Shown: positions 1 through 10,855, counted from the stretch's first letter. The stretch is 64,000 nt of DNA from Candidatus Multivoradales bacterium (GCA_965223325.1 CBDCWI010000002.1:1600001-1664000), one strand, 5' to 3'. Notes: generated from the letters alone by a model not told the origin. A program made the numbers and translations.

Positions 1-300
1 TACCCGTCCAGAGCGCTTGCGCGCCCGCAACAAGTCGAGGCCGGCGTTGATCGCCGCTCGGTGCAGGTAGCTGCCGGCTGTCGACCCGAGGTCGAAGGGT
101 TCAGCGCGCCGCGCCAGCCGCAGGAAGATCGTCTGCAGGACGTCTTCGGCATCAGAGGCGCTACCGGTGACCCGGTAGGCGACCCGATAGACCCGCTGAT
201 GATGCTCGTCAAACAACATTTTCAGATACTCCTCCGGGGCCAGGCCCGCTCCACTGCGGGATTGTTCCGGGGTTGGCTCGCTCATGGCTGCTGCACTCAC
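1..300 (-). CDS. ECF (sigma-70 family) RNA polymerase sigma factor, 5' part; runs off the window
   Basis: Not in the ORF track. Manual translation from GTG at 300: ...MLFDEHHQRVYRVAYRVTGSASDAEDVLQTIFLRL...YLHRAAINAGLDLLR (ECF region 2, DAEDxxQ motif). GAGGAG SD upstream. Confidence 0.85.
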   Translation of the reverse strand, partial: MSAAAMSEPTPEQSRSGAGLAPEEYLKMLFDEHHQRVYRVAYRVTGSASDAEDVLQTIFLRLARRAEPFDLGSTAGSYLHRAAINAGLDLLRARKRSGRV

Positions 301-387
301 TGCGGTTTCGCTCCTCGTCCTTTGCACTTAGGAGAACGGACCAGAAGCGGTTCGATTAACGTTTTCGAAGGGGCTTCGTCCCAGATG

Positions 388-1341
388 CTACCCAGGATCC
401 CCACCCGAGGCTCCTCGGGCATCGAAGGCAGCCTTGGCCAGGCTGCCGGAGAGAATCACCAGCCCGCCCAGCCAGGCGGTCACGCCAGGCGCCTCGCCCT
501 GGAACCACCACGCCCAGAGCGGCGCCATGACGGGCTCGAGAAGCAGCAGAACCGAGGCCTGAAGAGCCGTCACGGCTCGCATTCCGGTAACGACGAGAAC
601 GTAGCCCAGCCCCAGTTGCAGGGTCCCGAGGGCGGCAACCAGCAGCCAGTCGCCAGCCACGCCAGAGCTGAGAATCGCTAGCCCAGGCGTCGCCTCGCCG
701 GCGGCGGACGGGCCGAGCGGTGCTCCACGAAAGAAAGGCACACACATCGCGAAGGCAAACCCGTTGCCCCAGGCCAGAGCGGCAGCACCCTCCCCGGACC
801 GTGGGTCGTTGGTCGCCCAGGAGCGTTCGAGCGCGCGCAGGCCAAGCACGACCAGCGCGTAGCAAAGCCCACTTCCGGCGGCGATCCAGTTGCCGAGCAG
901 TGGGTGAGGCGCCGTCTCCTGGATCTGCGAAGCGGTAAACAACTGCGGCCCGACCAGAAGGATCAGAAGGCCGAACATCAGCCAGGCCACCACCCCCCAG
1001 TCTCGACGACGCACCGGTTCCGCCAACCACCAGGGCGAAAGAAGCGCCACCCACAGCGGCGTCGCGGTCTGCAGAAAAATGGCGCTCGCGGCCGTCGTCA
1101 GTTTGTTGGCGTGAACGAACCCGATGACCGTCAGGGCGTAGGCGAGAGCGACCGCCGCGGTCGCGAGGGTCAAGCGCCGCCGGGCTCGAGGCAGCAACAG
1201 AACGACCACCAGTCCAGAGAACACCGAGCGCAGACCGGCGGTCTCCCAGCCGGTGAAATCGGTACCTTTGATGAGGGCACCGCCGGTCGAGAACAGGAGT
1301 GCGCCAGCCGCCAGCGCGACGAACCCCAGCGACCGCTTCAG
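388..1341 (-). CDS. EamA/DMT family transporter
   Basis: Multi-TM protein with the motifs LFSTGGALIK, TAASAIFLQTATPLW and LLLLEPV. The frame extends upstream of the tracked GTG (1224) to a CTG at 1341 preceded by GGAGGA. Confidence 0.85.
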   Translation of the reverse strand: MKRSLGFVALAAGALLFSTGGALIKGTDFTGWETAGLRSVFSGLVVVLLLPRARRRLTLATAAVALAYALTVIGFVHANKLTTAASAIFLQTATPLWVALLSPWWLAEPVRRRDWGVVAWLMFGLLILLVGPQLFTASQIQETAPHPLLGNWIAAGSGLCYALVVLGLRALERSWATNDPRSGEGAAALAWGNGFAFAMCVPFFRGAPLGPSAAGEATPGLAILSSGVAGDWLLVAALGTLQLGLGYVLVVTGMRAVTALQASVLLLLEPVMAPLWAWWFQGEAPGVTAWLGGLVILSGSLAKAAFDARGASGGDPG

Positions 1342-1404
1342 GCCGAGTCCTCCGGGACCACCCGTCTGTCGTCACTCGAGCGGCTCGCCAAGCGGCTCAA
1401 AGCG

Positions 1405-1701
1405 TCAGGCACTCTCGATCCAGCGTTCGAACTCGCGATCGAGCGTTTGGGCGATCTTCTTCTTGAACGGTCTGAACACCCAGGGCAGGTCGAAGTCGAC
1501 CTCGAACGCACCGTCACGAACCCTGACCTCACCGTCTACCCTCCGACCAGTGACCTCAAAGCCCACCCGGGCGGTCTCCTCGTCGACCCAGTCGGTCTCG
1601 ATCGAGTACTCGGCATAGTGCTCGGCGTAGGTCTCGAAGGCCTGTCGGATCATCTTCTTGGCGCGCTTCTCTTCGAGCTGATGCGGCACGCGGTGTTTCA
1701 T
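1405..1701 (-). CDS. Putative polyhydroxyalkanoic acid system family protein (PHA_gran_rgn-like)
   Basis: 98 aa, with the pattern VPHQL...W...FEVTG..VDGEVRV....EVDFDLPWVFRPFKKKI. Confidence 0.65.
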   Translation of the reverse strand: MKHRVPHQLEEKRAKKMIRQAFETYAEHYAEYSIETDWVDEETARVGFEVTGRRVDGEVRVRDGAFEVDFDLPWVFRPFKKKIAQTLDREFERWIESA

Positions 1702-1740
1702 CGGTTGGCTCCCGGGGTGGTCAGCGAAGCTACGTGCAAC

Positions 1741-3414
1741 TTACCTCGAAAGTGAGCCTTCCGCGCCTGCCTCTCGAACCTCACCCGACCTGGAGTTCTC
1801 ACCCCCAAGGGAAGAGCCAACCGCCAAGAGATCCAGCACCGGATGCCGATCGAGAACGACTGGGTGGTTGTCGCCGTCGAGCACAACCAATGGGTAGGGC
1901 GCGAAGCCCGGTGAGGAGAGGTCGACCTGGGGGTCGTAGACACTGGAGTCGTAGAGCTCGGCCAGACCCAAGAGCGTGTGCGATAGCGAGTCCTGGGTGA
2001 GGAGGGTACGGCGGTTCCTTCGGAGGTTGTCGAGATGCTGCGGCCGTGACTCGGCGAACGCCTGGTTGTAGAAAAACAATAGGGGGACGTGGAGTTCGAA
2101 GACCGACAGCCCATTGACCCCGTGGAAGAGGACTCCCTTGCGGAGATTGAAGAACTCCTCGCCGTGGTCGGGCATGAAGGTGACGGTCGCCACGCCAGGG
2201 CTTTCTAGAACCGTTTCGACAATCTGGCCCAGGACACGATCGCCGTAGCGCACCGAGTTGTCGTAGCGATCCTGGTAGGTGGCGGTGCCAAAGACAGCCT
2301 CGGTAGCGGGGTAACGCTCGTCGTAGCGCCAGTGGCTACCGTTGAGGTGTACGACGATGAACTTTTGCTCGGCCGGCTCTGCGAGAAACTCCGTCACCAC
2401 CGGCAGCAAGTCGAGATCGAAGCGCGCTATCCCTTCGTCCGGAAGTCGAATGGTCTTCTGTGCGTCTGCCAGTACCGCAGCCGGAAGGTAGTCCCAGAAT
2501 GTTTCGGACTCCTGGTTCGACGCCACGTAGGTCGAGAACCCCGCCTCCCTGAACACCTTCAGCACCGAGGGAAACTCGTAGTAGCGCTCGAAATCTGCCG
2601 CACCACCAAGCGACAGCATCGAAGGCACTGCCACCCGGGTCAGGCTGGCCACAGACAAGGCACTCTCGAAGACAATCTTCCGGTGCCACTGGTCGATCAA
2701 GGGCGTTGTGTCCCGCTCGTAACCATAGGCCGACAGAGCCGCAGCCCGCAACGACTCCCCGATCACCAGCACATGGGTCTCGGGCTGCTCCGAGGTCCGC
2801 TCGGGTCCCTCGTACTCGTACAGCTGAGCGCGGAACCGGCCGACCTTCCTGCTCTCCTCGAGGTAGTCGGCGTGGCGTACCACAAACGAGAAAGGATAGA
2901 AGTCCGACAGGCTCCGACCGCCATGCAGCACCAGGAGACTGGCCATGCAACCGACGACCGCCACCGCCAGCAGGCTCCGTTCTCTGAGCGTCAGAGCCCG
3001 CTCAGGTCGCACGCGGGCCATGAACCACACCAAGCCGCCTCCTAGAGCTGCAATGCACAATGCGGGCAAAAGCACGAAAGGCGAGCCCGCCAGCTCGAGC
3101 ACCTCACGCGGATTCGTTTCGTACAACGACGCAAAGACCTGAAAGTTAAGGTTGCGGCGGGTGACCACCATGAAGGCGACCAGGGCCAGGGAGAGCAGCT
3201 GAAAGGGCAGAAAGATCCACACCGGAGGGCGCAGGATGCGTCCCAGCGCCGCGATCGCGGTCACCAGCAAGAGGAAGATCAAGAATGCCCGCGGGCTCTG
3301 CCAGACGACAACCTCGGCGAGGCACGGCAAAAGGGCGATCGCCGCCATCAGGGCGTAGAGGCGAAAGCCGCCATCGATCGCCCGGCGCGCCTCGCGCGCC
3401 CATCGATCGATCAA
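1741..3414 (-). CDS. Phosphoethanolamine transferase (EptA/CptA-like, sulfatase fold)
   Basis: N-terminal TM helices, then VIGESLR, catalytic Thr (SLTRVAVP), HLNGSH, YDNSVRYGD and DHGE. The start is uncertain; TTG at 3414 was chosen over the tracked 3720. Confidence 0.85.
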   Translation of the reverse strand: MIDRWAREARRAIDGGFRLYALMAAIALLPCLAEVVVWQSPRAFLIFLLLVTAIAALGRILRPPVWIFLPFQLLSLALVAFMVVTRRNLNFQVFASLYETNPREVLELAGSPFVLLPALCIAALGGGLVWFMARVRPERALTLRERSLLAVAVVGCMASLLVLHGGRSLSDFYPFSFVVRHADYLEESRKVGRFRAQLYEYEGPERTSEQPETHVLVIGESLRAAALSAYGYERDTTPLIDQWHRKIVFESALSVASLTRVAVPSMLSLGGAADFERYYEFPSVLKVFREAGFSTYVASNQESETFWDYLPAAVLADAQKTIRLPDEGIARFDLDLLPVVTEFLAEPAEQKFIVVHLNGSHWRYDERYPATEAVFGTATYQDRYDNSVRYGDRVLGQIVETVLESPGVATVTFMPDHGEEFFNLRKGVLFHGVNGLSVFELHVPLLFFYNQAFAESRPQHLDNLRRNRRTLLTQDSLSHTLLGLAELYDSSVYDPQVDLSSPGFAPYPLVVLDGDNHPVVLDRHPVLDLLAVGSSLGGENSRSGEVREAGAEGSLSR

Positions 3415-3665
3415 CGGCCCAGGGTGATCAGAACGGAGTGCATGGGGCTCCCATGAGAGCAGAATCTGTGCCAAAAAGGCAGTCAACTGGCGACTATCCC
3501 GCCTAGAACCCTGAGAAAAGCGCGGTTTTTTAGACTGAGCTGCTAGAATCCAGGCGGGTTTGACCGGCGCCGGCCGGTTGAGGAGGACGTGCATTTCGGC
3601 ACCTTCTGACCCCTCCTCTCGACCAGGGACAAGCCCAACCCTCCCCTCCACAGGCCCTTCCTTCG

Positions 3666-5333
3666 ATGACCACTGAAACGACCGAGAGCTCGACCTCTTC
3701 GAGTACGGAAAAGCCCGCAAGCGGAGACACCGTCTCGTTCCGCATGGGCGCTGCGGTCGGTGCCCCTTACTCGGAGCAGTCGACGTTCCGGCGCGGCGCC
3801 GTCCTCCAGAATCGTTTCAAGATCCTGCGCTTCATCGCCAAAGGCGGAGCCGGCGAGGTCTACGAGGCCCACGATCTCGAGTTGCGCTGTCCCGTGGCGC
3901 TCAAGGTCTCGCGCCCCGAGATCTGCGACAACGAGAATGCCATTGAGCGCTTTCGGCGCGAGATTGCGCTCGCCCGCCAGGTGACGCATCCCAATGTCTG
4001 CCGCATCTTCGACGTCTTCCGCCAGGAGATTCCGTCGTCGCGGCCGGGAGGGTCGCCACGCGAGACGCTGTTTCTCACCATGGAGCTGCTCAACGGCGAG
4101 AGCCTGGCCTCACGCATCCACCGGTTGGGACCGATGGAGCGCGAAGAGGCCCTGCCGCTGATCGAGGGGATGATCGCAGGACTCAATGCGGCCCATCGGG
4201 TCGGCGTCATTCACCGCGACTTCAAATCGGCCAACGTCGTGCTGGTCGAAGAACTCGAAGGAACACGCGCCGTCATTACGGACTTCGGCCTCGCGCGCGG
4301 CCACATTCCAGACCCGGGCGCCGAAGACATCACCATGTCGGGAACCGTCGTCGGAACGCCCAACTACATGTCACCCGAACAGCTCACCGGCGGCGACATC
4401 ACTCCCCAGACCGATATGTACGCCCTGGGAATCGTGATCTACGAGATGATGACCGGCAAACGCCCGTTTACCGGCGAGACCGACCTGTCGACCGCCGTCA
4501 AGCGCCTGACCGAGGCACCGGCCTCACCCAGACTGCACGCGCCGAACCTCGAGTCGATCTGGGAAAACACCATCTTGCGATGCCTCGAGCGCGACCCCGA
4601 GGATCGCTTCCCCACTCTCTCGGACATTCCAAAGGCCCTCTCGGGACACTCTCAAGCCACTCAGGTGCCTTCCCTGCAACGCGAGAGCCGACGGCGCTTT
4701 GCCTGGATCGCCGCCATCGTCCTCCCGGTGGCCGCAGCCCTGCTTCTGCTCTTTTCGATTGCCCGCGGCGGCGAGGACGGAACGTCGTTCGGCCTCGGCG
4801 AAGTGGCGTCGGCGCGCGTGGCGCTGCTCGACCTGCGCAACCTGTCGGGTGCTCCGGAGGGCGCCTGGCTGACCACCGGGATTCCCGAGATGATCGCCGG
4901 CGAGCTGGCCACCTCCGGCGACCTCGAGTTGATTCCACCGGAGAACGTGCGCGCAACGGTTGAGACGATGGCGGTGCAAGCCGGAACAGGACTGGCGAGC
5001 GAGACCGTCGGCGCCCTGCGCGACGCTCTCGGCGCCGAGCTGCTCGTCGAAGGCGGCTTCGTCCGCCTACCCGACGGCAACCTGCGGGTGCAACTGCGCG
5101 TTCACGACCCCCAGGGAGCCATCCTGACCGTCACCGAGCAGGGCACCGAGGATCAGATTTTCGATGTCATCGCGAGGCTGGGAGAGCGCATTCGACGAGA
5201 GGCGTCTCCCCATGCTGGCCGTGCGCGGGGCGAACCGGCACGACCTCTGACTGCACCCGACGCGGCCACAGGCCTTCCCGCCGCTACGACTCCCCTGGAC
5301 AGTGCGGAAGAAACCGTAGCGAGCGACTCCTAG
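3666..5333 (+). CDS. Hanks-type Ser/Thr protein kinase with TM helix and TolB-N/FlgO-like extracytoplasmic domain
   Basis: IAKGGAGEVY, VALK, HRDFKSAN, DFGLA and GTPNYMSPEQ. TM segment FAWIAAIVLPVAAALLLLF, followed by VALLDLRNLSG...WLTTGIPEMI. Confidence 0.92.
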   Translation: MTTETTESSTSSSTEKPASGDTVSFRMGAAVGAPYSEQSTFRRGAVLQNRFKILRFIAKGGAGEVYEAHDLELRCPVALKVSRPEICDNENAIERFRREIALARQVTHPNVCRIFDVFRQEIPSSRPGGSPRETLFLTMELLNGESLASRIHRLGPMEREEALPLIEGMIAGLNAAHRVGVIHRDFKSANVVLVEELEGTRAVITDFGLARGHIPDPGAEDITMSGTVVGTPNYMSPEQLTGGDITPQTDMYALGIVIYEMMTGKRPFTGETDLSTAVKRLTEAPASPRLHAPNLESIWENTILRCLERDPEDRFPTLSDIPKALSGHSQATQVPSLQRESRRRFAWIAAIVLPVAAALLLLFSIARGGEDGTSFGLGEVASARVALLDLRNLSGAPEGAWLTTGIPEMIAGELATSGDLELIPPENVRATVETMAVQAGTGLASETVGALRDALGAELLVEGGFVRLPDGNLRVQLRVHDPQGAILTVTEQGTEDQIFDVIARLGERIRREASPHAGRARGEPARPLTAPDAATGLPAATTPLDSAEETVASDS

Positions 5334-6175
5334 AGGCGACCGGGGCGGCCACTGGAGGCGCGCCGGTTGGCCAGACGCTGCGACGCCAGCAGGATGAGCA
5401 GCAGGCCGAGGAGGGCCAGACCGGCCCCCGACAGGGTCGGAACCTGGATCGCCAGTTGCGAGGTCGTCACCCGAATCAACGCCGCCCGGTGACCGGTGAA
5501 GGTCGGCGCGGCGCTGTCGAGGGCGTTGCCCCAGGTGAAGAAGAGATCTTCGCGCAAGAACAGCGGGATCTCGGGAGTCGTAGGTGTCCAGTCCGCACAC
5601 ACGAAGAAGAAGTCCTCGGCCGAAGGATCCCAGCGCACTCCGATATAGACCGGATCGGTCGCCAACGGGACACTGTCGACGGGCACTTCGTAGAAGGCGC
5701 CCGTGATCCCGGAGGGAACGCCGGTAGCAGAGGCGGCTCGAGAGTAGTAGGGCTGTTCTGCCGGCTTACCTCCGACGTCGGCATAGAACACCAGCTCGAA
5801 GTCGATCTCCTGGTCCGCACGGGTTCGCAGCCAACAAACACAAACCGAGTCGACTCCAGTACGGGGCGCGCCGGAGAACTCCTGCACGTACTCACCCTGG
5901 ACGACGCTCGGAACCCAGCCGTAGCCGTTCTCGACCGTGCCGTCGTCGTTGACGATGCCATCGTCACAAGCGGCGACCGGGGTGAACGATCCGCGCCCCG
6001 GTTCACTGGCGCGAGCAGCGCGCTCCCCGCCCTCTGCCGCCGCGGGCATGACCGAGACCACCATCAGACACATGAGCGAGGCGACGAGGTGGCGTGCTTG
6101 GCACGGGCTGGCAGCCGAAGGAAGGGTCAAAGGTCCGGACTCCGATACTTGAATGAGCTTGATAGAGAGGACCAT
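5330..6175 (-). CDS. Secreted protein with IPTL-CTERM-like sorting signal
   Basis: Signal-like segment (LMCLMVVSVMPAAA). C-terminus QVPTLSGAGLALLGLLLILLASQRLANRR (motif, TM, basic tail). Start uncertain. Confidence 0.75.
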   Translation of the reverse strand: MVLSIKLIQVSESGPLTLPSAASPCQARHLVASLMCLMVVSVMPAAAEGGERAARASEPGRGSFTPVAACDDGIVNDDGTVENGYGWVPSVVQGEYVQEFSGAPRTGVDSVCVCWLRTRADQEIDFELVFYADVGGKPAEQPYYSRAASATGVPSGITGAFYEVPVDSVPLATDPVYIGVRWDPSAEDFFFVCADWTPTTPEIPLFLREDLFFTWGNALDSAAPTFTGHRAALIRVTTSQLAIQVPTLSGAGLALLGLLLILLASQRLANRRASSGRPGRL

Positions 6176-6265
6176 GAGACACGGCCACCGAAGCGAACCA
6201 CGAACCGGTACCCAGAAGAGGCCGAAAAGGCCTAAGCGGAGGTCTACGAAGAATCAGTGCCCACT

Positions 6266-7114
6266 CTACCCCCGCAACGGGGCCACGAGGGAGGCAACCT
6301 CCTTCTCGAGTTTCTTGGCCACCGCAGCGCGACGCTCACCGCTGGCGACGGCGTCCTCGACCAGTCGCACCAGGGCACTGCCAACCACCACCCCATCGGC
6401 CACCTGGCCGACTTGCGCGACTTGTTCGGGGGTCGAGATTCCGAAACCGACCGCGATCGGCCGCTTGATGTCGCGTCGCAGATCCTTGACCTCTCTGTGC
6501 AGCTCGCCGCGCACCTCTTTCTGCTCCCCGGTGACGCCGGCGCGCGAAACGTAGTAGACGAAGCCCCGCGAGACCTCACCGGCCCGTCGAACACGTGTCC
6601 GGGTGCTCGTCGGCGCGACCAGGAAGATCGGGTCGAGCTCCTCGCTGGCGAAGGTCGGCACCACTTCCCGTACTCCCTCCTCGGGCGGCAGATCGACACA
6701 GAGCACACCGTCGACGCCGCTCGCCGCCGCCTGGCTGGCGAAGCGCCCGAGTCCCTTCGCCATCAGGGGGTTCAGGTAGCTGAACAGAACAATCGGGACC
6801 CCCAGCGCATGGCGGCGTCGGGAGATGAGCTCGAGGACCGCATTCAAACGCGTTCCCGCCTCGAGAGCACGGTGGGCAGCGCGCTGATTGACCGGGCCAT
6901 CAGCAATCGGGTCACTGAACGGGATGCCCAGTTCGATGACGTCGGCACCACCGGCAACGAGCGCGTCGAGCAGCACCTCGGTGGCCTGAAGGTCCGGGTC
7001 ACCCGCAACCAGAAAGGGAATGAAGGCCGCCCGACCCTCTGCTCGCGCGCTGGCCATGGCGTCGCCGATCGGCCCTGGGTCGTGGACGAGTTTCTTGCCT
7101 GGCTTGTTGACCAT
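6266..7114 (-). CDS. trpA: Tryptophan synthase alpha chain
   Basis: FIPFLVAGDP, IELGIPFSDPIADGPVNQ, VDLPPEE, VSRAGVTG, VGFGIS and GVVVGSAL. Confidence 0.97.
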   Translation of the reverse strand: MVNKPGKKLVHDPGPIGDAMASARAEGRAAFIPFLVAGDPDLQATEVLLDALVAGGADVIELGIPFSDPIADGPVNQRAAHRALEAGTRLNAVLELISRRRHALGVPIVLFSYLNPLMAKGLGRFASQAAASGVDGVLCVDLPPEEGVREVVPTFASEELDPIFLVAPTSTRTRVRRAGEVSRGFVYYVSRAGVTGEQKEVRGELHREVKDLRRDIKRPIAVGFGISTPEQVAQVGQVADGVVVGSALVRLVEDAVASGERRAAVAKKLEKEVASLVAPLRG

Positions 7115-7134
7115 CTTCCTCTTTTTCGAGCGCT

Positions 7135-8358
7135 TCAAGACACCGCCTCCGAACTCTGCTCCAGCGCCGGGTCCCACGCCAGAACCGACTCGACGTCCTT
7201 GTCTCCGCGGCCCGAGAGGTTGACCAGCACGACCTGCTTGGGCGAGAGCTTTCGGGCCTCGCTGATCGCCTGCGCGACAGCGTGGGCGCTTTCGAGGGCC
7301 GGCAGAATGCCCTCGGTAGCCGCAAGCCGGTGGAAAGCGTCGATTGCCTGTTCATCGGTAACACTCGTGTACTGGACACGGCCGCGCTCGGCGAGTTCGA
7401 CATGCTCCGGACCAACCGCTGGGTAGTCGAGGCCAGCCGAAACCGAGTGCGTCGTCATGACCTGGCCGTCGCCGTCCTGGAGCACCAGGGTGCGTGTTCC
7501 GTGCAGCACTCCGGGCGAACCACCGGCAAAGCGCGCCGCGTGTTCGCCGAGCGCCGAACCGCGGCCGCCAGCTTCGACGCCGAGCAGTCGGACCTTCGAG
7601 TCGCCGAGAAAAGCCGAGAACAGACCGATCGCGTTGCTGCCGCCACCGACGCACGCGACGGCGAGGTCTGGCAGGCGGCGAGCCTGCTGTTTGACCTGCG
7701 CTCGCGCCTCGGCGCCGATCACTCGGTGAAAGTCGCGCACCATACGCGGGAAGGGATCGGGACCGAGCACCGAACCGAGCACATAGTGGGTGCCGCCAAC
7801 CGTCGCGACCCAGTCCCGCATGGCTTCGTTGATGGCATCCTTGAGGGTGCGACTTCCAGCGTCGACTCCGAGAACTTCGGCCCCGAGCAGGCGCATGCGG
7901 TAGACGTTGAGGCGCTGCCGCTGCATGTCCTCGGTACCCATATAGACGACGCACTCCAGCCCCAGGAGAGCCGCAGCAGTGGCGGTCGCCACGCCATGTT
8001 GACCGGCACCGGTTTCGGCGATGACTCTCGTCTTGCCCATCTCTTGAGCGAGCAGACACTGGCCGAGGGCGTTGTTGATCTTGTGCGCACCGGTGTGCAA
8101 CAGGTCTTCACGCTTGAGCCAGATCGCGGCGCCACCGACCTCTTCGCTCAGTCGAGTCGCGCGGTAGAGCGGTGTCGGTCGGCCGACGAAGTCACGCATC
8201 AGCTCATCGAAGCGCTTCTTGAAGCGGCGCGTCTCTGGCACCTTGGCGTAGGCCTGGCGCAGTTCGGCGAGCGGCGCCATCAGGGTTTCGGGCGCAAAGC
8301 ACCCGCCGTAGTCGCCGAAGTAACCCTCTTCGTCCGGCGTGGTCAAACGTCTGGGCAT
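7135..8358 (-). CDS. trpB: Tryptophan synthase beta chain
   Basis: [16 protein letters not shown] (PLP Lys), [17 protein letters not shown] and NLSGRGDKD. Confidence 0.98.
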   Translation of the reverse strand: MPRRLTTPDEEGYFGDYGGCFAPETLMAPLAELRQAYAKVPETRRFKKRFDELMRDFVGRPTPLYRATRLSEEVGGAAIWLKREDLLHTGAHKINNALGQCLLAQEMGKTRVIAETGAGQHGVATATAAALLGLECVVYMGTEDMQRQRLNVYRMRLLGAEVLGVDAGSRTLKDAINEAMRDWVATVGGTHYVLGSVLGPDPFPRMVRDFHRVIGAEARAQVKQQARRLPDLAVACVGGGSNAIGLFSAFLGDSKVRLLGVEAGGRGSALGEHAARFAGGSPGVLHGTRTLVLQDGDGQVMTTHSVSAGLDYPAVGPEHVELAERGRVQYTSVTDEQAIDAFHRLAATEGILPALESAHAVAQAISEARKLSPKQVVLVNLSGRGDKDVESVLAWDPALEQSSEAVS

Positions 8359-9062
8359 GTCGCTCCCTGGCCTCCATCGATCTCGATCGTTCCTAGTGCT
8401 TCAAACAAGGCGGCTACCTTCTCCGGGTCTTTGACACCCGGCTCTCTCTCGAGCCCTGAGCACGAGTCCAGGGCATAGACCTCACCGGATCGCAAGAGTG
8501 CCGAGCACACCGTGTCGGGATTGATCCCCCCGGCGAGAAAGACTCGGGGGAGCTGCACCGGCGCAAGCGGCGACGCGCGCGCCAGGGCGAGAACTTCCTG
8601 GACACGATGGTAGTCCCAGGACTCGCCGGTGCCGCCCTGGAGCGTCGCGTGCGGCGTGTCGAAGAGCCACCCGTAGGCATTCGACCACAAGAGCAGCTCG
8701 CCCAGGTCGAGGTTCTCATCAGGCTGGAAGGCCTTGACCACCGCCGCGATCGGAACCGCGATGCCGTCTCTTGCTTCCCCGCCGTGCAGTTGCACCAGAT
8801 CTAGTGGTACCGCCGCTTTGATGGCTGCGATTCCGTTGGGCGGGTGATCGACGAAGACGCCGACCAGGGAAACCGAACCCTCCGCCTCATCGCAGGCGGC
8901 ACGGATCCTGCGGGCGGCAGCCAGGTCGAGCGCCCGCGGGCTCTGGGGGTAGAAGTTCAGCCCCAGGTAGGCGGCCCCGCAGGCCATCGCATGGAGCGCC
9001 TCCTCCGGGGTGCGTACGCCGCACACTTTCACCCTCGGGATGCCCGATGGCGTGCTACTCAC
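8343..9062 (-). CDS. trpF: Phosphoribosylanthranilate isomerase
   Basis: [33 protein letters not shown] and DSCSGLE..PGVKD. The GTG start overlaps the trpC stop. Confidence 0.95.
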   Translation of the reverse strand: MSSTPSGIPRVKVCGVRTPEEALHAMACGAAYLGLNFYPQSPRALDLAAARRIRAACDEAEGSVSLVGVFVDHPPNGIAAIKAAVPLDLVQLHGGEARDGIAVPIAAVVKAFQPDENLDLGELLLWSNAYGWLFDTPHATLQGGTGESWDYHRVQEVLALARASPLAPVQLPRVFLAGGINPDTVCSALLRSGEVYALDSCSGLEREPGVKDPEKVAALFEALGTIEIDGGQGATCPDV

Positions 9063-9852
9063 CGAGCAGCTCCCGCAGGCGCGCCCCGGGGTCCGAGGCC
9101 GTGACCAGCGATTCACCGATGAGAAAGGCATCGAAACCACCGGCTGCGAGGCGCTCGACGTCGGCGCGCGAAAGGATGCCGCTCTCGGCCACCTTGAGTG
9201 CCGACCCTGGAACCCGTGGCGCGAGCTCCAGGGAGTGCTCGAGGTTGACGTCGAAGGTACGGAGGTCACGGTTGTTGATGCCCACCAGCTCGAGCTCGAG
9301 GCCGGCGATCATCTCGAGGTCGCTCGGCTCGTGAGTCTCGACGAGCGGAACGATGTTGCGCGCGCGTGTCTCGGCGACCAGCCGCTCCAACTCGGCGCGC
9401 TCATAGAGCGCCGCGATCAACAGGAGCGCCGATGCGCCAGCCTCCGCGGCCTCGTCGAGTTGCCGGTCGCCGACGACAAAGTCCTTGGCGATCGTCGGCA
9501 GCCCCGAAGCCTCCTGGCAACGGCGAAGCAAGTCGTATGAGCCAAAGAAGAAGTCGGGCTCGACCACCACCGAGAGCGCCGCGGCACCGTTTTGGGCGTA
9601 AGTCTCGGCCTGCTCCTCCGGAACGTAGCGCCCGGTGAGATCGCCAAGTCGTGGCGAGCCCAGTTTGACCTCGGCAATCACTGCGTTGCCGGCTCGTGCC
9701 CTGAGCGCACGCGTGAAAGCGGTCTCGATGAGGCCCGCTGCGGCGGCGGCCTCGGTTCGACCATCACCGGCTCCAACACCCTCGTAACGACGCCGACGCG
9801 CCGCGACGATCTCGAGCAGGATCTCTGCCACCTTGGGCTCGCTCCTGGTCAC
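9055..9852 (-). CDS. trpC: Indole-3-glycerol phosphate synthase
   Basis: VIAEVKLGSP, KDFVV, GINNRDLRTF, VAESGI and LIGESL. Confidence 0.96.
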   Translation of the reverse strand: MTRSEPKVAEILLEIVAARRRRYEGVGAGDGRTEAAAAAGLIETAFTRALRARAGNAVIAEVKLGSPRLGDLTGRYVPEEQAETYAQNGAAALSVVVEPDFFFGSYDLLRRCQEASGLPTIAKDFVVGDRQLDEAAEAGASALLLIAALYERAELERLVAETRARNIVPLVETHEPSDLEMIAGLELELVGINNRDLRTFDVNLEHSLELAPRVPGSALKVAESGILSRADVERLAAGGFDAFLIGESLVTASDPGARLRELLGE

Positions 9853-10855
9853 GACGAAAAACTCCGCAGGGCCTCGAGCTTTTCTGCCGCCGCTCCGCTC
9901 GCGAGGGCCTCCCGTGCCGCTTCGAAGCCCTCCTCGAGACTCGACGCGACACCGCCCGCCCACAGGGCCGCTGCCGCATTGACGGCGACGACACTCTGGA
10001 GGCGCTCCTCACCACCGGCAAGCAGGCTCTCCATACTGCGAGCATTCTCTTCGGCCGACCCACCAGTCAGTGCGGCGAGCGGCTGTTCTTCGATGCCGAA
10101 GCGCGATGGATCCCAGCGCGTTGTCTGCACCGTGCCGTCTTCGACCACTGCTGCGACCGTCGTGCCGGTCGTCGTGATCTCGTCGAGCCCCTCTCCGTGC
10201 ACCACCAAGGCGCGCTCGGCACCCAGCTGCGCGAGAACCTCGGCAATCGGTTCGACCAGCTCTTCGGCCCACACGCCAATCACCTGCCGCCGGGCACCGG
10301 CCGGGTTGGTGAGCGGACCGAGCAGGTTGAAGATCGTGCGGACCCCGAGGGCGCGACGTACTGGCATGACCTCACGCATTGCCGGATGGAGTCGGGGCGC
10401 GAACAGGAACGCGATGCCGACTTCTTCGAGACAACGAGCGGCTACCTGCGGCTCGAGTTCGAGGCTTACGCCAAGCTCTTCGAGAACGTCGGCGCTCCCC
10501 GAGCGACTCGAAACCGACCGGTTGCCGTGTTTGGCGACCGTCGCACCTGCAGCCGCAGCAACCAGCGCAGCGGCCGTCGAGATGTTGAATGTGCCCGTGC
10601 CGTCGCCACCGGTGCCACAGGTGTCGACGACCTGCGGGAGGGCGTGTGGAATCGGCACCAGACGCGCGCGCATCGCCTGCACCGCACCGACGATCTCGCC
10701 CGGCGACTCTCGCTTGGCGGCCAGCGCAACGAGCAGCGCCGCCTTCTCGATTTCTTCGAGCTCACCGTCCATCAAACGCCCGAACAACGCACGCACTTCG
10801 GCGGTCAGAAGATCTTCGCCGGCGATCAAGCGCTCGAGGGCGGCTCTGGTCTCCA

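Noticed and set aside
6219-6233. AGGCC-N5-GGCCT hairpin after trpA as the operon terminator
   Set aside because: The stem is only 5 bp with a poor U-tract, too weak to call.
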